The notes beneath the pieces are model-generated. The model was not told the origin of the DNA. It was given only the letters and a program-made list of their open reading frames with translations, and made no database searches. From contig JAFQMO010000124.1 in NCBI GenBank assembly GCA_017414385.1, positions 1 to 50,432 of the forward strand: 50,432 nucleotides of DNA. Reading direction: 5' to 3'. Positions 36,768 through 47,979 of the stretch are shown one piece after another. The stretch's first letter is position 1; every line of letters starts with the position of its first letter. The DNA comes from Clostridia bacterium (GTDB lineage Bacteria > Bacillota > Clostridia > Oscillospirales > CAG-272). Made by a program: the position numbers and the translations under genes.

Positions 36768-38543
36768 TTATTGCTTGTTGTACTTTTTCGTATACGCATT
36801 GACACGGTGACGGAAAAGAGGGTCGGAGAGCTGCAGATCATGCAGATAACGGTGTGCCTGAAAGCTTTTGTTCTTTGTTTCGATGACTGCAACCGCAATA
36901 TTGGAGCAGTGGTCGGAGATGCGCTCAAACTGTTGAAGAATGTCCGACAGGATAAATCCGGCGTCTAAAGAACAGTGGCCTTGCTTCAGTCTTGTGATAT
37001 GGTTGAGTCTGCTTTGTGCGACCAAGCCGTCGATGACCTGCTCAAGCGGCTCGACTGCCTTGGCTGTTTCCGTATCATCATTACAGTATGCTGTCAGTGT
37101 CAACTCCAAGATCTCTGTCAGTGCGGTCATAATATTCTCAAGCTCGTCGGAGACGTCGTCGGATAACCGAAGACCTTTTTCCTTGATCTCCTCCGCGGCA
37201 TCTGCCAGCTTTTCTGCATGGTCTCCCAAGCGTTCAAAGTCTCCGATAACACGCAGAAGCTTTGTGAGAGTCTGGGAATCATGCTCGGAATGCGATTGAG
37301 CGGCGATGGTTACGAGATAATTTCCAAGACGGTCTTCGAAGATATCGGTTTCTTTTTCGGTATTTCGGATTGCTTCTGCAGTGTATTTGACCTTTTTTTC
37401 GGGAACCGATCGCAGGGAGGAGAGTAAACAAAGTGCCATGTCTACACTGCTGCAGGAGAGTTCAGCCATGCGGCTTGCAGCAGTGGTACACGCCGTGAGT
37501 GCTGCAGAGGGGGTATGATATAATCTCTCGTCCAGGAAAACGATACTTTCCGTATCAGCAATCGAAGGTGTGGAGGGGAGCCATTTTTCCACACACCGAA
37601 CAAGCAGGTTTCTTATCGGTAGCAGGATTGCGGTGTTCGCAAGATTAAAAAGTGTGTGACTTACAGCAATATGAAAGGCTGTGGCATTGCTTTGAAGGAT
37701 TGCCGGAGCCAAGAAGGCGTCAACGATCAGATACAGCGGGAACCACATCGCCGTTCCGAGAACATTGACAAGCAGGTGCATAACAGAAACGCGCTTTGCT
37801 TGTGTGCTTGTACCGATAGAGGAGAGGATCGAGGTAATACAGGTACCGATATTTTGTCCCATGATGATTGGAATAACAAATCCCATGGTCATGCTTCCTG
37901 TTAACGAAAACGCTTGCAGAACACCGACTGATGCAGAAGAAGACTGAAGGATCGCTGTCGTCACAATGCCAAACAGCAATCCGAGCAGGGGACTGTTCAG
38001 CTTTGAGAGAATTTCGGGAAACATGGGTGATTCGGACAATGGTTTTACCGTATCGGACATAAGATTCATGCCGAAGATCAAAACAGCAAAGCCGATAAAT
38101 ACCGTTCCCAAGGTCTTTGTTTTTTCCTTTTTTGAAATGATACGCAGAAGTATTCCGATAAAAGCCAAAATTGGAGAGAAATGCGCGGGCTTGAGTAGCT
38201 GAAGCCAAACAACATCACTGTTGATTCCCGAAAGACCGAAGATCCATGCGGTTACGGTGGTGCCGACATTGGTTCCGAAAATCAAACTGACAGATTGTCC
38301 AAATGTCATGATACCGGAGTTGACAAGCCCGACGAGCATGACGGTCACTGCTGAAGATGACTGAATTGCAAGTGTAATCAGTACGCCGAGACAGAAGCCG
38401 CGCAGAGGGCTTGCGGTGATCTGTTTCAGCCGTTGTTCAAGACGACTGCCTGCAAGACGTTCCAAATTTTCCGACATGATGTCCATTCCGAACAGAAAAA
38501 AGGAAAGACCGCCAAGAAAGGGGAGAAAATCAATGAGATTCAT
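36768..38543 (-). CDS. Na/Pi cotransporter family protein with C-terminal PhoU domains
   Basis: Duplicated QSSS motifs, GTNVGTT and GQNIGTC, C-terminal DFERLGDHA and FERISDHCSNI. Confidence 0.92.
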   Translation of the reverse strand: MNLIDFLPFLGGLSFFLFGMDIMSENLERLAGSRLEQRLKQITASPLRGFCLGVLITLAIQSSSAVTVMLVGLVNSGIMTFGQSVSLIFGTNVGTTVTAWIFGLSGINSDVVWLQLLKPAHFSPILAFIGILLRIISKKEKTKTLGTVFIGFAVLIFGMNLMSDTVKPLSESPMFPEILSKLNSPLLGLLFGIVTTAILQSSSASVGVLQAFSLTGSMTMGFVIPIIMGQNIGTCITSILSSIGTSTQAKRVSVMHLLVNVLGTAMWFPLYLIVDAFLAPAILQSNATAFHIAVSHTLFNLANTAILLPIRNLLVRCVEKWLPSTPSIADTESIVFLDERLYHTPSAALTACTTAASRMAELSCSSVDMALCLLSSLRSVPEKKVKYTAEAIRNTEKETDIFEDRLGNYLVTIAAQSHSEHDSQTLTKLLRVIGDFERLGDHAEKLADAAEEIKEKGLRLSDDVSDELENIMTALTEILELTLTAYCNDDTETAKAVEPLEQVIDGLVAQSRLNHITRLKQGHCSLDAGFILSDILQQFERISDHCSNIAVAVIETKNKSFQAHRYLHDLQLSDPLFRHRVNAYTKKYNKQ

Positions 38544-38767
38544 AACAGAGGTGCTCCTTATGAGAGTATTAGGGATGATATAATTTTTGCATCCGTTTCT
38601 ATATCAAACAATCTGTTTGAAAAAAGAAGCTCTTCGAAAGATGCCATATGTTTTGTTATCAATAGCGTCTCCATAAAAAAAGGATCTATCCCGGTATTGC
38701 CGTGAAAAACAAAGAGACCGGAATAAGGAACGTAGAAAAGTGTGTACTTTGTACGCCGTTGCATGTA

Positions 38768-38806
38768 AAGAAAAATCCGATCCGTGATTTTTTTCACGGG
38801 TCGGAT
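38768..38806 (-). terminator. htpG terminator
   Basis: ATCCGATCCGTGA...TCACGGGTCGGAT hairpin with a minus-strand U-run. Confidence 0.7.
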
Positions 38807-38853
38807 GAAGTATTCGGTGAGGATACCTGTCTGCTATGCAAATCTTTTTGAGA

Positions 38854-40734
38854 TCAGATCATCAGATCACAGATCAAGGAAGAAAGCTCAGCGGGATTCT
38901 CGATGGAAAGACCGCCAATCAGCCGCGCTTGTGCATAAAGGATCTTTGTGTACGAGGCGAGCTTCTCGGCATCATCGGAATGAAGCATTTTCAGCTTTTC
39001 GGCAATCGGGTGGGATGTATTGATCTCCATGACGATCTGCGCTTTTGCTTTTTCTTCTCCCGTCGGCATACGGTTCAGGACCTGCTCCATGCCGACAGAC
39101 AGTCCTCCCTCGCTCGTAAGGCAAACGGGATGGTTTTTCAGTGTATTTGTGAAACGGACAGCGGAAACTGCATCGCCGAGAATGTACTTCATGGCAGAGA
39201 GGAGCGCTTCGGATCGCTCGTTTTCCTCTTTCACGGTAGCCTTTTCTTCCTCTGTTGAGATGTCAAGATCCTCGGCGCAGACGTTAACAAAGGTCTTTTC
39301 TTCATAATTTGCGAGCATGCGAAGCGCAAATTCATCGATGTCATCGGTGAGATACAGGACCTCATATCCCTTGGAGATAACGGTTTCTGCCTGTGGGAGC
39401 ATCTTGATCTTATCGACAGTTTCACCGCAAGCATAGTAGATGCTCTTTTGCTCCTCTCTCATGCGGGACACATACTCTTTCAGCGTGACAAGCTTGTCTT
39501 CATTGGAAGAGGTGAAGAGGACGAGATCCTGAAGGACCTCCCTATGCATACCGTAATCAGCGTACAGGCCGAATTTTAATTGGACACCGAATGCGTTCCA
39601 AAAGCTCTCGTATTTTTCGCGGTCGCTCTCGAGCATTTTGGCAAGCTCGTTTTTGATCTTTTTCTCAATCGCTTTAGAGATGACCTTGAGCTGGTGATCA
39701 TGCTGTAAAAGCTCACGCGAAATATTCAGCGAAAGGTCGGCGGAATCGACGAGACCACGGACAAAGCTGAAATAGTCCGGAAGCAGATCGCCGCATTTTT
39801 CCATGATCAAAACGCCGGAGGAGTACAGCTGCAATCCCTTCTCAAAATCCTTTGTATAGTAGTTGAAGGGAGCCTTTGAGGGAATGAACATCAACGCATC
39901 AAAGGTTGCGGTTCCCTCCGATTTGAAATGAATGGTTTTTGCAGGCGCTTCGAAATCGTAGTACTTATCTCTGTAGAACGCAGCATAATCGTCCTCGGAG
40001 ATGTCCTTTGTGCTCTTTTTCCAAAGCGGGACCATAGAGTTGATGGTTTCGGTCGTCGTTTCCGTTTCGTATTCGTCGGAGTCTTCATTGCGTTTTTCTG
40101 TAGTGATGTCCATGCAAATGGGATAACGGATATAGTCGGAATACTTTCTGATCAGATTGCGGAGACGGTATGTGTCTAAATACTCCGAATATGTTTCGTT
40201 TTCGGTATCCTCGCGCAGATGGAGCGTGATTTCCGTTCCTGCATCGGTTTTTTCACATGGTGTGACAGTGTATCCGTCCACACCCTCGGATTCCCACATC
40301 CATGCCTCGTCCTTTCCGAATGCACGTGTGATGACGGTGATACGGTCACTGACCATGAATGCGGAATAAAATCCGACGCCGAATTGACCGATAATGTCGA
40401 TTTCCTCGCCGTCCTCATGACTGTGCTTGAAGTCGTACGAGCCGGATTTTGCAATGGTTCCGAGATTGTTTTCCAACTCTTCCGCAGTCATACCGCAGCC
40501 GTTGTCTGTGATCTTGATCGTACGGCTTTCTTTGTCAGGGATGATACAGATCTTGTAGTCACTGCGTTTTAATGTCACGGTGTCATCGGTAAGAGAACGG
40601 TAATACAGCTTATCGATGGCATCGCTCGCATTTGAAATGAGCTCGCGCAGGAAAATCTCCTTATGCGTGTATATAGAGTTGATCATCATGTCAAGCAGCT
40701 TTTGAGATTCTGTTTGAAACTGTTTCTTTTCCAT
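38854..40734 (-). CDS. htpG: Molecular chaperone HtpG (Hsp90)
   Basis: IYTHKEIFLRELISNASDA, DNGCGM, LGTIAKSG, IGQFGVGFYS and LNISRE motifs. Start at MEKKQF (40734). Confidence 0.96.
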   Translation of the reverse strand: MEKKQFQTESQKLLDMMINSIYTHKEIFLRELISNASDAIDKLYYRSLTDDTVTLKRSDYKICIIPDKESRTIKITDNGCGMTAEELENNLGTIAKSGSYDFKHSHEDGEEIDIIGQFGVGFYSAFMVSDRITVITRAFGKDEAWMWESEGVDGYTVTPCEKTDAGTEITLHLREDTENETYSEYLDTYRLRNLIRKYSDYIRYPICMDITTEKRNEDSDEYETETTTETINSMVPLWKKSTKDISEDDYAAFYRDKYYDFEAPAKTIHFKSEGTATFDALMFIPSKAPFNYYTKDFEKGLQLYSSGVLIMEKCGDLLPDYFSFVRGLVDSADLSLNISRELLQHDHQLKVISKAIEKKIKNELAKMLESDREKYESFWNAFGVQLKFGLYADYGMHREVLQDLVLFTSSNEDKLVTLKEYVSRMREEQKSIYYACGETVDKIKMLPQAETVISKGYEVLYLTDDIDEFALRMLANYEEKTFVNVCAEDLDISTEEEKATVKEENERSEALLSAMKYILGDAVSAVRFTNTLKNHPVCLTSEGGLSVGMEQVLNRMPTGEEKAKAQIVMEINTSHPIAEKLKMLHSDDAEKLASYTKILYAQARLIGGLSIENPAELSSLICDLMI

Positions 40735-40771
40735 AACTTGATTCCTTTCTGTTTCGGGCTTGTGCACGGCA

Positions 40772-40798
40772 TTAGCACTCAAACAATTTGAGTGCTAA
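40772..40798. promoter_or_regulatory. CIRCE element (HrcA operator) upstream of htpG
   Basis: Perfect TTAGCACTC-N9-GAGTGCTAA, just downstream of a minus-strand TTGACT-18bp-TATAAT promoter (40802-40831). Confidence 0.95.
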
Positions 40799-40945
40799 TA
40801 TATTATATAACAAATTCCAAAGGAAAGTCAAGTGGTATGTGGAAATGTTTATAATATTTGCAAAATTTGTTCAAAAAGAGAAAGATTTTCCCGTCTGAAG
40901 GTGTTGAAAAATCTGTGAATAAACGGGAGAAGTTCGGATAAACGG

Positions 40946-40974
40946 TTGACAAATGAAAACGCATCGTTTATAAT
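40946..40974 (+). promoter_or_regulatory. Consensus sigma-A promoter
   Basis: TTGACA, 17 bp, TATAAT. Confidence 0.85.
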
Positions 40975-41045
40975 ATAATCAGCGGAATGGGTAATATCAG
41001 ACAGAGTTCCGTTTATTTGAATGATATGAAATTAAGGAGCGTATT

Positions 41046-42437
41046 ATGGGACTTATTAAAGCAGCACTTGGCGCAGCACAGGGTGTACTTGCGGATCAAT
41101 GGAAAGAATTTTACTACTGTGAATCGATTCCCAATGAAATTTTGGTAACAAGAGGACAAAAGCGTACCTCTTCCCGTTCCTCCAACACAGGCAGTGATAG
41201 TAATATCATTTCCAACGGTTCTGTTATCGCGGTTGCGGACGGACAGTGTATGATCATTGTTGAACAGGGAAAGATCGTTGAGATTTGTGCAGAGCCCGGA
41301 GAATTTACATATGACTCTTCAACAGAGCCCTCGATCTTTGCCGGAAGCCTCGGTAAGAGTATCATTGATTCCTTTAAAACCCTCGGTAAGCGTTTTACCT
41401 TCGGAGGTGATACCGCAAAGGATCAGAGAATCTATTATTTCAATACAAAAGAAATTCTTGATAACAAATTTGGCAGCCCGTCACCGATTCCTTTCCGTGT
41501 TGTTCAAAAGAGCATCGGTCTTGATATCGATGTGTCGCTTCGTTGTAACGGCATATACTCCTTCAGAATCGAAGATCCAATTCTGTTTTATACCAATGTG
41601 TGCGGCAACGTTTCTGAGAACTACTATGTAGAACAAATTGCGGGAACGCTGAAGAGGGATTTTATCAGCGCGCTTGCTCCTGCAATCGGTAAGCTTTCCG
41701 AGCTTGAGCTTCGTCCGAACCAGATCCCCTCACATAATGAAGCACTAGAGCAACATCTGAATGAGGAATTGAGCGCAGAGTGGGGCGAAAAGCGAGGTGT
41801 GAAGATCGTATCCGTTGCGATGACACCCCCCACCCTTCCCGAGGAAGATCAGGAGCTGATCAAAACGGCGCAAAAGACAGCAATGTACCGCGATCCTACA
41901 ATGGCGGCTGCAACGCTCGTCGGTGCGCAGGCTGATGCAATGAAAACGGCTGCTGCAAATGAAGGCGGCGCAATGACGGGCTTTATGGGAATGGGAATGG
42001 CCATGAATGCAGGGGGATTGAATGCACAGAATCTGTTTGCAATGGGACAGCAGCAACAGCAGGCAGAGGCTGCAGCAAACACATGGAAATGCGCTTGTGG
42101 CGCGTCGGTATCGGGCAATTTCTGTCCTGATTGCGGCGCAAAGAAGCCGGAAGAAAAGTCGGCTGATACATGGACGTGTGCTTGCGGAGCGACCGTCAGC
42201 GGAAAATTCTGTCAGGAATGCGGTGCAAAAAGACCGGAAGCTTCCGCTGGCTGGACGTGTGTCTGTGGCGCTGTAAACAAGGGTAAATTCTGCCCGGAAT
42301 GCGGTGCAAAGAAGCCGGATAACGTTCCTCAGTATCGTTGCGATAAGTGCGGCTGGGAACCTGCTGATCCGACAAAAGCGCCGAAGTTCTGCCCGGAATG
42401 CGGTGATCCGTTTGATTCCGGAGATATCAAGGCGTAA
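41046..42437 (+). CDS. SPFH/band-7 domain protein (YdjI-like) with C-terminal zinc-ribbon repeats
   Basis: NIISNGSVIAVADGQCMIIVEQG, PGEF and GMGMAM motifs, plus four CxC/CxxC...FCPECG units. Confidence 0.85.
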   Translation: MGLIKAALGAAQGVLADQWKEFYYCESIPNEILVTRGQKRTSSRSSNTGSDSNIISNGSVIAVADGQCMIIVEQGKIVEICAEPGEFTYDSSTEPSIFAGSLGKSIIDSFKTLGKRFTFGGDTAKDQRIYYFNTKEILDNKFGSPSPIPFRVVQKSIGLDIDVSLRCNGIYSFRIEDPILFYTNVCGNVSENYYVEQIAGTLKRDFISALAPAIGKLSELELRPNQIPSHNEALEQHLNEELSAEWGEKRGVKIVSVAMTPPTLPEEDQELIKTAQKTAMYRDPTMAAATLVGAQADAMKTAAANEGGAMTGFMGMGMAMNAGGLNAQNLFAMGQQQQQAEAAANTWKCACGASVSGNFCPDCGAKKPEEKSADTWTCACGATVSGKFCQECGAKRPEASAGWTCVCGAVNKGKFCPECGAKKPDNVPQYRCDKCGWEPADPTKAPKFCPECGDPFDSGDIKA

Positions 42438-42487
42438 TGCAAGAGAGCAATTGTGCCGTGACTGTGATTTCAAAAATATTACAATTG

Positions 42488-42521
42488 AAGGAAGACCGTG
42501 CTTGAAACGGTCTTCCTTTTT
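42488..42521 (+). terminator. Intrinsic terminator
   Basis: AAGGAAGACCGT...ACGGTCTTCCTT plus T-run. Confidence 0.85.
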
Positions 42522-42549
42522 ATATGCAATGCGAATATGCAGAAGGCGG

Positions 42550-42620
42550 AAAATAAAAGTGTTGGCAGCGCCAACGTGAACTCTTTGAAAATCAAAGGCT
42601 CGAGGCAGAATACCAACACC
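42550..42620 (-). ncRNA. Candidate orphan structured small RNA
   Basis: Minus-strand promoter TTGACA-16bp-TGGTAAAAT (42627-42654), about 60 nt of self-complementary sequence, then a U-rich tail. No credible ORF. Confidence 0.4.
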
Positions 42621-42859
42621 ACAGATATTTTACCACAGGTGGGAAAAATGTCAATAGGCAGGATCTCTTTTGCGCTGAAGGAACAAACAGCTTTATCGTA
42701 ATCTACATTTTTATTTATAACAGGTACAGTTTCTCAGTGTTACGATTGTAGGAACGGGAGGTATCCGACGCGGCGGAGCTGCGTGTTTACATATTATTAA
42801 CATTGGATTCAAGGAATATTGTTGATTTTAACGCTGTTTCGAGTATAATAATATACAGA

Positions 42860-42886
42860 TTAGCAGTCTTGGCACATGAGTGCTAA
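42860..42886. promoter_or_regulatory. CIRCE element upstream of hrcA
   Basis: TTAGCAGTC-N9-GAGTGCTAA (one mismatch), after TATAAT at 42844-42849. Confidence 0.93.
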
Positions 42887-42939
42887 TTTGCCCGCAGAGT
42901 GCCTTGAGAATCCCGGAAGTACTGTAAAGGAGAAGAGGA

Positions 42940-44040
42940 ATGGATCGTCGAAAAGAGCTGAGTGAACGCAAAAGAGCCATTCTGAAAGCGGTTGTTGATG
43001 TTCACATCAAGCTCGGTGAACCGGTTGGCTCCAAGTTTTTGACACAGAATGAGCAGATCGCACTTTCGAGTGCTACGATACGCAATGAGATGGCAGAGCT
43101 TGAGGAAATGGGCTATCTGGAACAGCCGCATACATCCGCAGGCCGCGTTCCTTCGCGTGCGGGATATCGTTTGTACGTGGATTCCCTGATGAACCGTTAT
43201 CCGATCTCCATGCAGGAAACTGAGGAGCTGAACGCCTTGATGCGTTCCAAGATCGATGCGCTTGATCAGCTTCTGGAACAGGCGGGGAAGATGGTCTCTC
43301 TTTTGACCAATTATACTTCGCTTACCATGAAGGCAGGCGGTATACAGGCTTGTGTCCGAAGATTTGATGCAGTTTGGATTGATCTGCGCAGCTTTATCTT
43401 GGTTTTGACGTTGGATGCGGATGAAGTTCGTTCTAAAACGATCCGTGTGCATCAGGATGTTACGCGTCAGGTGCTTGAGAAGCTGATGACAGTTCTCAAT
43501 GAAACGATCGCGGGGATCCCGATGGAGCAGGTCAACCTGCCTCGGATGGTTGAAATGGAAGCTGCAATGGGTGACGATGCATTTGTCATATCACCGGTAA
43601 TCAAGTATGTATATGAGATGATCGGGATGACGGAGCATTCAGAGTTGCATTTTGAAGGCGTGAATAAGCTGCTGCAACATCCGGAGTATACTGACATCAG
43701 TCGTATGCGCGAGATGTTTGACGTATTCGAAAAGAAGCAAGAGATCATGAACGTCATGACGAATGCAAAGAGCGAGGGCGTCAATGTTATCATCGGCGGG
43801 GAGACTACGGTGAGGACGATGGAGAATTCCACTTTGATTTTCAAAAATCTTGTGGAAAACGGCAGGGTCGTCGGTGCGATCGGTGTAATCGGACCGTGTC
43901 GAATGGATTATTCTAAGGTTGTAACATTGATCGAATGCATGACAGATCGTTTGTCTGAAATGCTGACGGGGGAAACGCCTACGGAAAATATGTTACCCGG
44001 ACATTTTGGACCGCCGAGTGAACAGGAGAATGGTTCATAA
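42940..44040 (+). CDS. hrcA: Heat-inducible transcription repressor HrcA
   Basis: EPVGSK, SSATIRNEMAELEEMGYLEQPHTSAGRVPS and GVIGPCRMDY motifs. CIRCE upstream. Confidence 0.96.
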   Translation: MDRRKELSERKRAILKAVVDVHIKLGEPVGSKFLTQNEQIALSSATIRNEMAELEEMGYLEQPHTSAGRVPSRAGYRLYVDSLMNRYPISMQETEELNALMRSKIDALDQLLEQAGKMVSLLTNYTSLTMKAGGIQACVRRFDAVWIDLRSFILVLTLDADEVRSKTIRVHQDVTRQVLEKLMTVLNETIAGIPMEQVNLPRMVEMEAAMGDDAFVISPVIKYVYEMIGMTEHSELHFEGVNKLLQHPEYTDISRMREMFDVFEKKQEIMNVMTNAKSEGVNVIIGGETTVRTMENSTLIFKNLVENGRVVGAIGVIGPCRMDYSKVVTLIECMTDRLSEMLTGETPTENMLPGHFGPPSEQENGS

Positions 44041-44078
44041 CGGTGGTGACCGCGGTCGAAAAAGAAAGGACGAATAAT

Positions 44079-44642
44079 GTGATGAAAAACAAGGAAAAAA
44101 TCAAGGAAACAGAAGAAACGACAGAGGCAATTCCTTCTGAGGGACAGGATCCGCAGCAGAATGATTCCGAGCCCTGCTTTGATGCAGAGGCGTTGCAGGC
44201 GGAGCTTGCATCTGCCACAGCGGCATTGGCTGAGGAAAAGGATAAGTATTTGAGAATGGCAGCGGAATATGACAATTACCGTCGTCGTGCGGCAAAGGAG
44301 AGAGAAACGGTATACAGTGATGCATACGCGGATGCGTTGATGCAGATCCTGCCGGTGATCGATAATCTGGAGCGTGCAGCGGGCTTTGGTGATGTCGGAG
44401 ATGCCAAACAGTTGGCGGACGGTGTGAATATGATCTTGAATCAGTTCGGTGATGTTCTCAAGAAGATGGGTATCGAAAGCTTTGGCGAAAAGGGTGATGC
44501 GTTCGACCCCAATATCCACAATGCGATCATGCATGAGGAGGACCCCGAGCAGGTAGAGAGCGTTTTGGGCGATGTATTCCAAAAGGGTTATCGCCGCGGC
44601 GATAAGATCATTCGCTGTGCGATGGTCAAGGTCATCAATTAA
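44079..44642 (+). CDS. grpE: Nucleotide exchange factor GrpE
   Basis: YLRMAAEYDNYRRR, LPVIDNLERA, FDPNIHNA and FQKGY...IRCAMVKV motifs. Start 44079 or 44082. Confidence 0.95.
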   Translation: MMKNKEKIKETEETTEAIPSEGQDPQQNDSEPCFDAEALQAELASATAALAEEKDKYLRMAAEYDNYRRRAAKERETVYSDAYADALMQILPVIDNLERAAGFGDVGDAKQLADGVNMILNQFGDVLKKMGIESFGEKGDAFDPNIHNAIMHEEDPEQVESVLGDVFQKGYRRGDKIIRCAMVKVIN

Positions 44643-44689
44643 ATCAAGCGTCAATTATTAAACTGTAATAGATCAAATTTTTATAATAA

Positions 44690-46516
<1,827 letters not shown>

Positions 46517-46558
46517 TTTTGATCGGCTGTATCCGGTGTTTGATACGGTATGATGCAG

Positions 46559-46593
46559 GATGGCGGAGGGCGGCAATGGCGTCTTCCGCCATC
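46559..46593 (+). terminator. GC-rich hairpin after dnaK (partial terminator or mRNA stabiliser)
   Basis: GATGGCGGAGGGCG...CGTCTTCCGCCATC with no strong U-run. Confidence 0.5.
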
Positions 46594-46754
46594 TGTGTGA
46601 CCTTGGATCAAGAATATTTGCCGTGTATAAAAAAATTAACAATTCAAGGTTGAATTCAGAACGATAGTTTGATATAATCACTCACATATGTGGTGTGTTT
46701 TTCATCAATTTCGGAAGAAATAAATGTATGCGGTGAGAAAGGGAAATCTGTTGT

Positions 46755-47894
46755 ATGGCAGAAACAAAACGCGATTATTATGAGGTGCTGGGGCTGCAAA
46801 AAACAGCGAGCGCCGATGAGATTAAACGTGCATATCGTCAGCTTGCCAAGAAATATCATCCCGATATGAATGCGGGCGATACGGACGCAGAACAGAAATT
46901 CAAGGAAGTCAACGAGGCGTATGCGATCCTTTCCGATGCCGATAAGAAGGCACGGTATGATCAGTACGGTCATGCCGGAGTCGATCCCAATATGGGTGGC
47001 GGTGGATTCGGTGGATTCGGCGGTATGGATTTTGACATCTCCGATATATTCGGAAGCTTTTTCGGCGGTGGTATGGGAGGATCCTCACAAGCGCGTCGAA
47101 ATGGCCCTACGCGCGGTGACGACATCCATTTACGTACGGCAATCTCCTTTGAGGAGGCGGCCTTTGGCTGTAAGAAGGATATTACCTATACCAAGGTAGA
47201 GAGGTGTGCGGACTGCGCGGGAACGGGCGCAGAGAAGGGAACCTCGCCGGAGCGTTGTACAAATTGTAACGGCTCGGGACAGATCCGGGTACAGCAGCGC
47301 ACGGCGCTCGGTGTTTTCCAATCCAGTCGTCCCTGTGATGTTTGCGGCGGAAGCGGTAAGATCATCAAAAATCCCTGCTCGGGCTGTAAGGGAAGCGGCT
47401 TCAGAAAAACCCAGAAAAAGATCGAGGTTTCGATTCCCGCAGGATGCGATGACGGAATGATGCTTGCTTTGCGTGATCAGGGGTCTGATGGCAGAAACGG
47501 AGGTCCCTCCGGAGATGTTATCATCACGGTTAATGTCAGACCGCACCATATTTTTGAGCGCGACGGTTACGATATTGCGTGTGAGATCCCGATTACGTTC
47601 CCGGAGGCTACCTTGGGAGCGGAAATTGATGTGCCGACGCTTGAGGGGGATGTGAAGTATACGATTCCCGAGGGAACACAGACGGGAACAACGTTTACTA
47701 TTCGCGGAAAAGGTATTCAGGTGATCAATTCCAAGAGCAAGGGTGATCTGCATTTCACCGTTGTGATCGAGGTCCCGAAGAGCCTCAGCGAGAAGCAGAA
47801 GGAGCTTTTGCGCGAATTTGGAGAGACCTGCGGAAAGAATAACTATACAAAGAAAGAAAGCTTTTTCAATAAAATATTTGGAAGCAGAAACTGA
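46755..47894 (+). CDS. dnaJ: Molecular chaperone DnaJ
   Basis: J-domain with HPD, G/F-rich region and four CxxCxGxG repeats. Confidence 0.98.
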   Translation: MAETKRDYYEVLGLQKTASADEIKRAYRQLAKKYHPDMNAGDTDAEQKFKEVNEAYAILSDADKKARYDQYGHAGVDPNMGGGGFGGFGGMDFDISDIFGSFFGGGMGGSSQARRNGPTRGDDIHLRTAISFEEAAFGCKKDITYTKVERCADCAGTGAEKGTSPERCTNCNGSGQIRVQQRTALGVFQSSRPCDVCGGSGKIIKNPCSGCKGSGFRKTQKKIEVSIPAGCDDGMMLALRDQGSDGRNGGPSGDVIITVNVRPHHIFERDGYDIACEIPITFPEATLGAEIDVPTLEGDVKYTIPEGTQTGTTFTIRGKGIQVINSKSKGDLHFTVVIEVPKSLSEKQKELLREFGETCGKNNYTKKESFFNKIFGSRN

Positions 47895-47979
47895 AAAGAG
47901 GGAGACGTGTATCCGTAGGGGTATACGCCTCCCTTATGGGTGTTTCGTTCGATTTTTATTGAGGAAAAGGAGAAAACAT

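Noticed and set aside
42784-42811. dif-like site (ATATGTAAACA arm on the minus strand)
   Set aside because: Only one arm resembles Firmicute dif, the other does not match, and it lies in the AT-rich hrcA promoter region.
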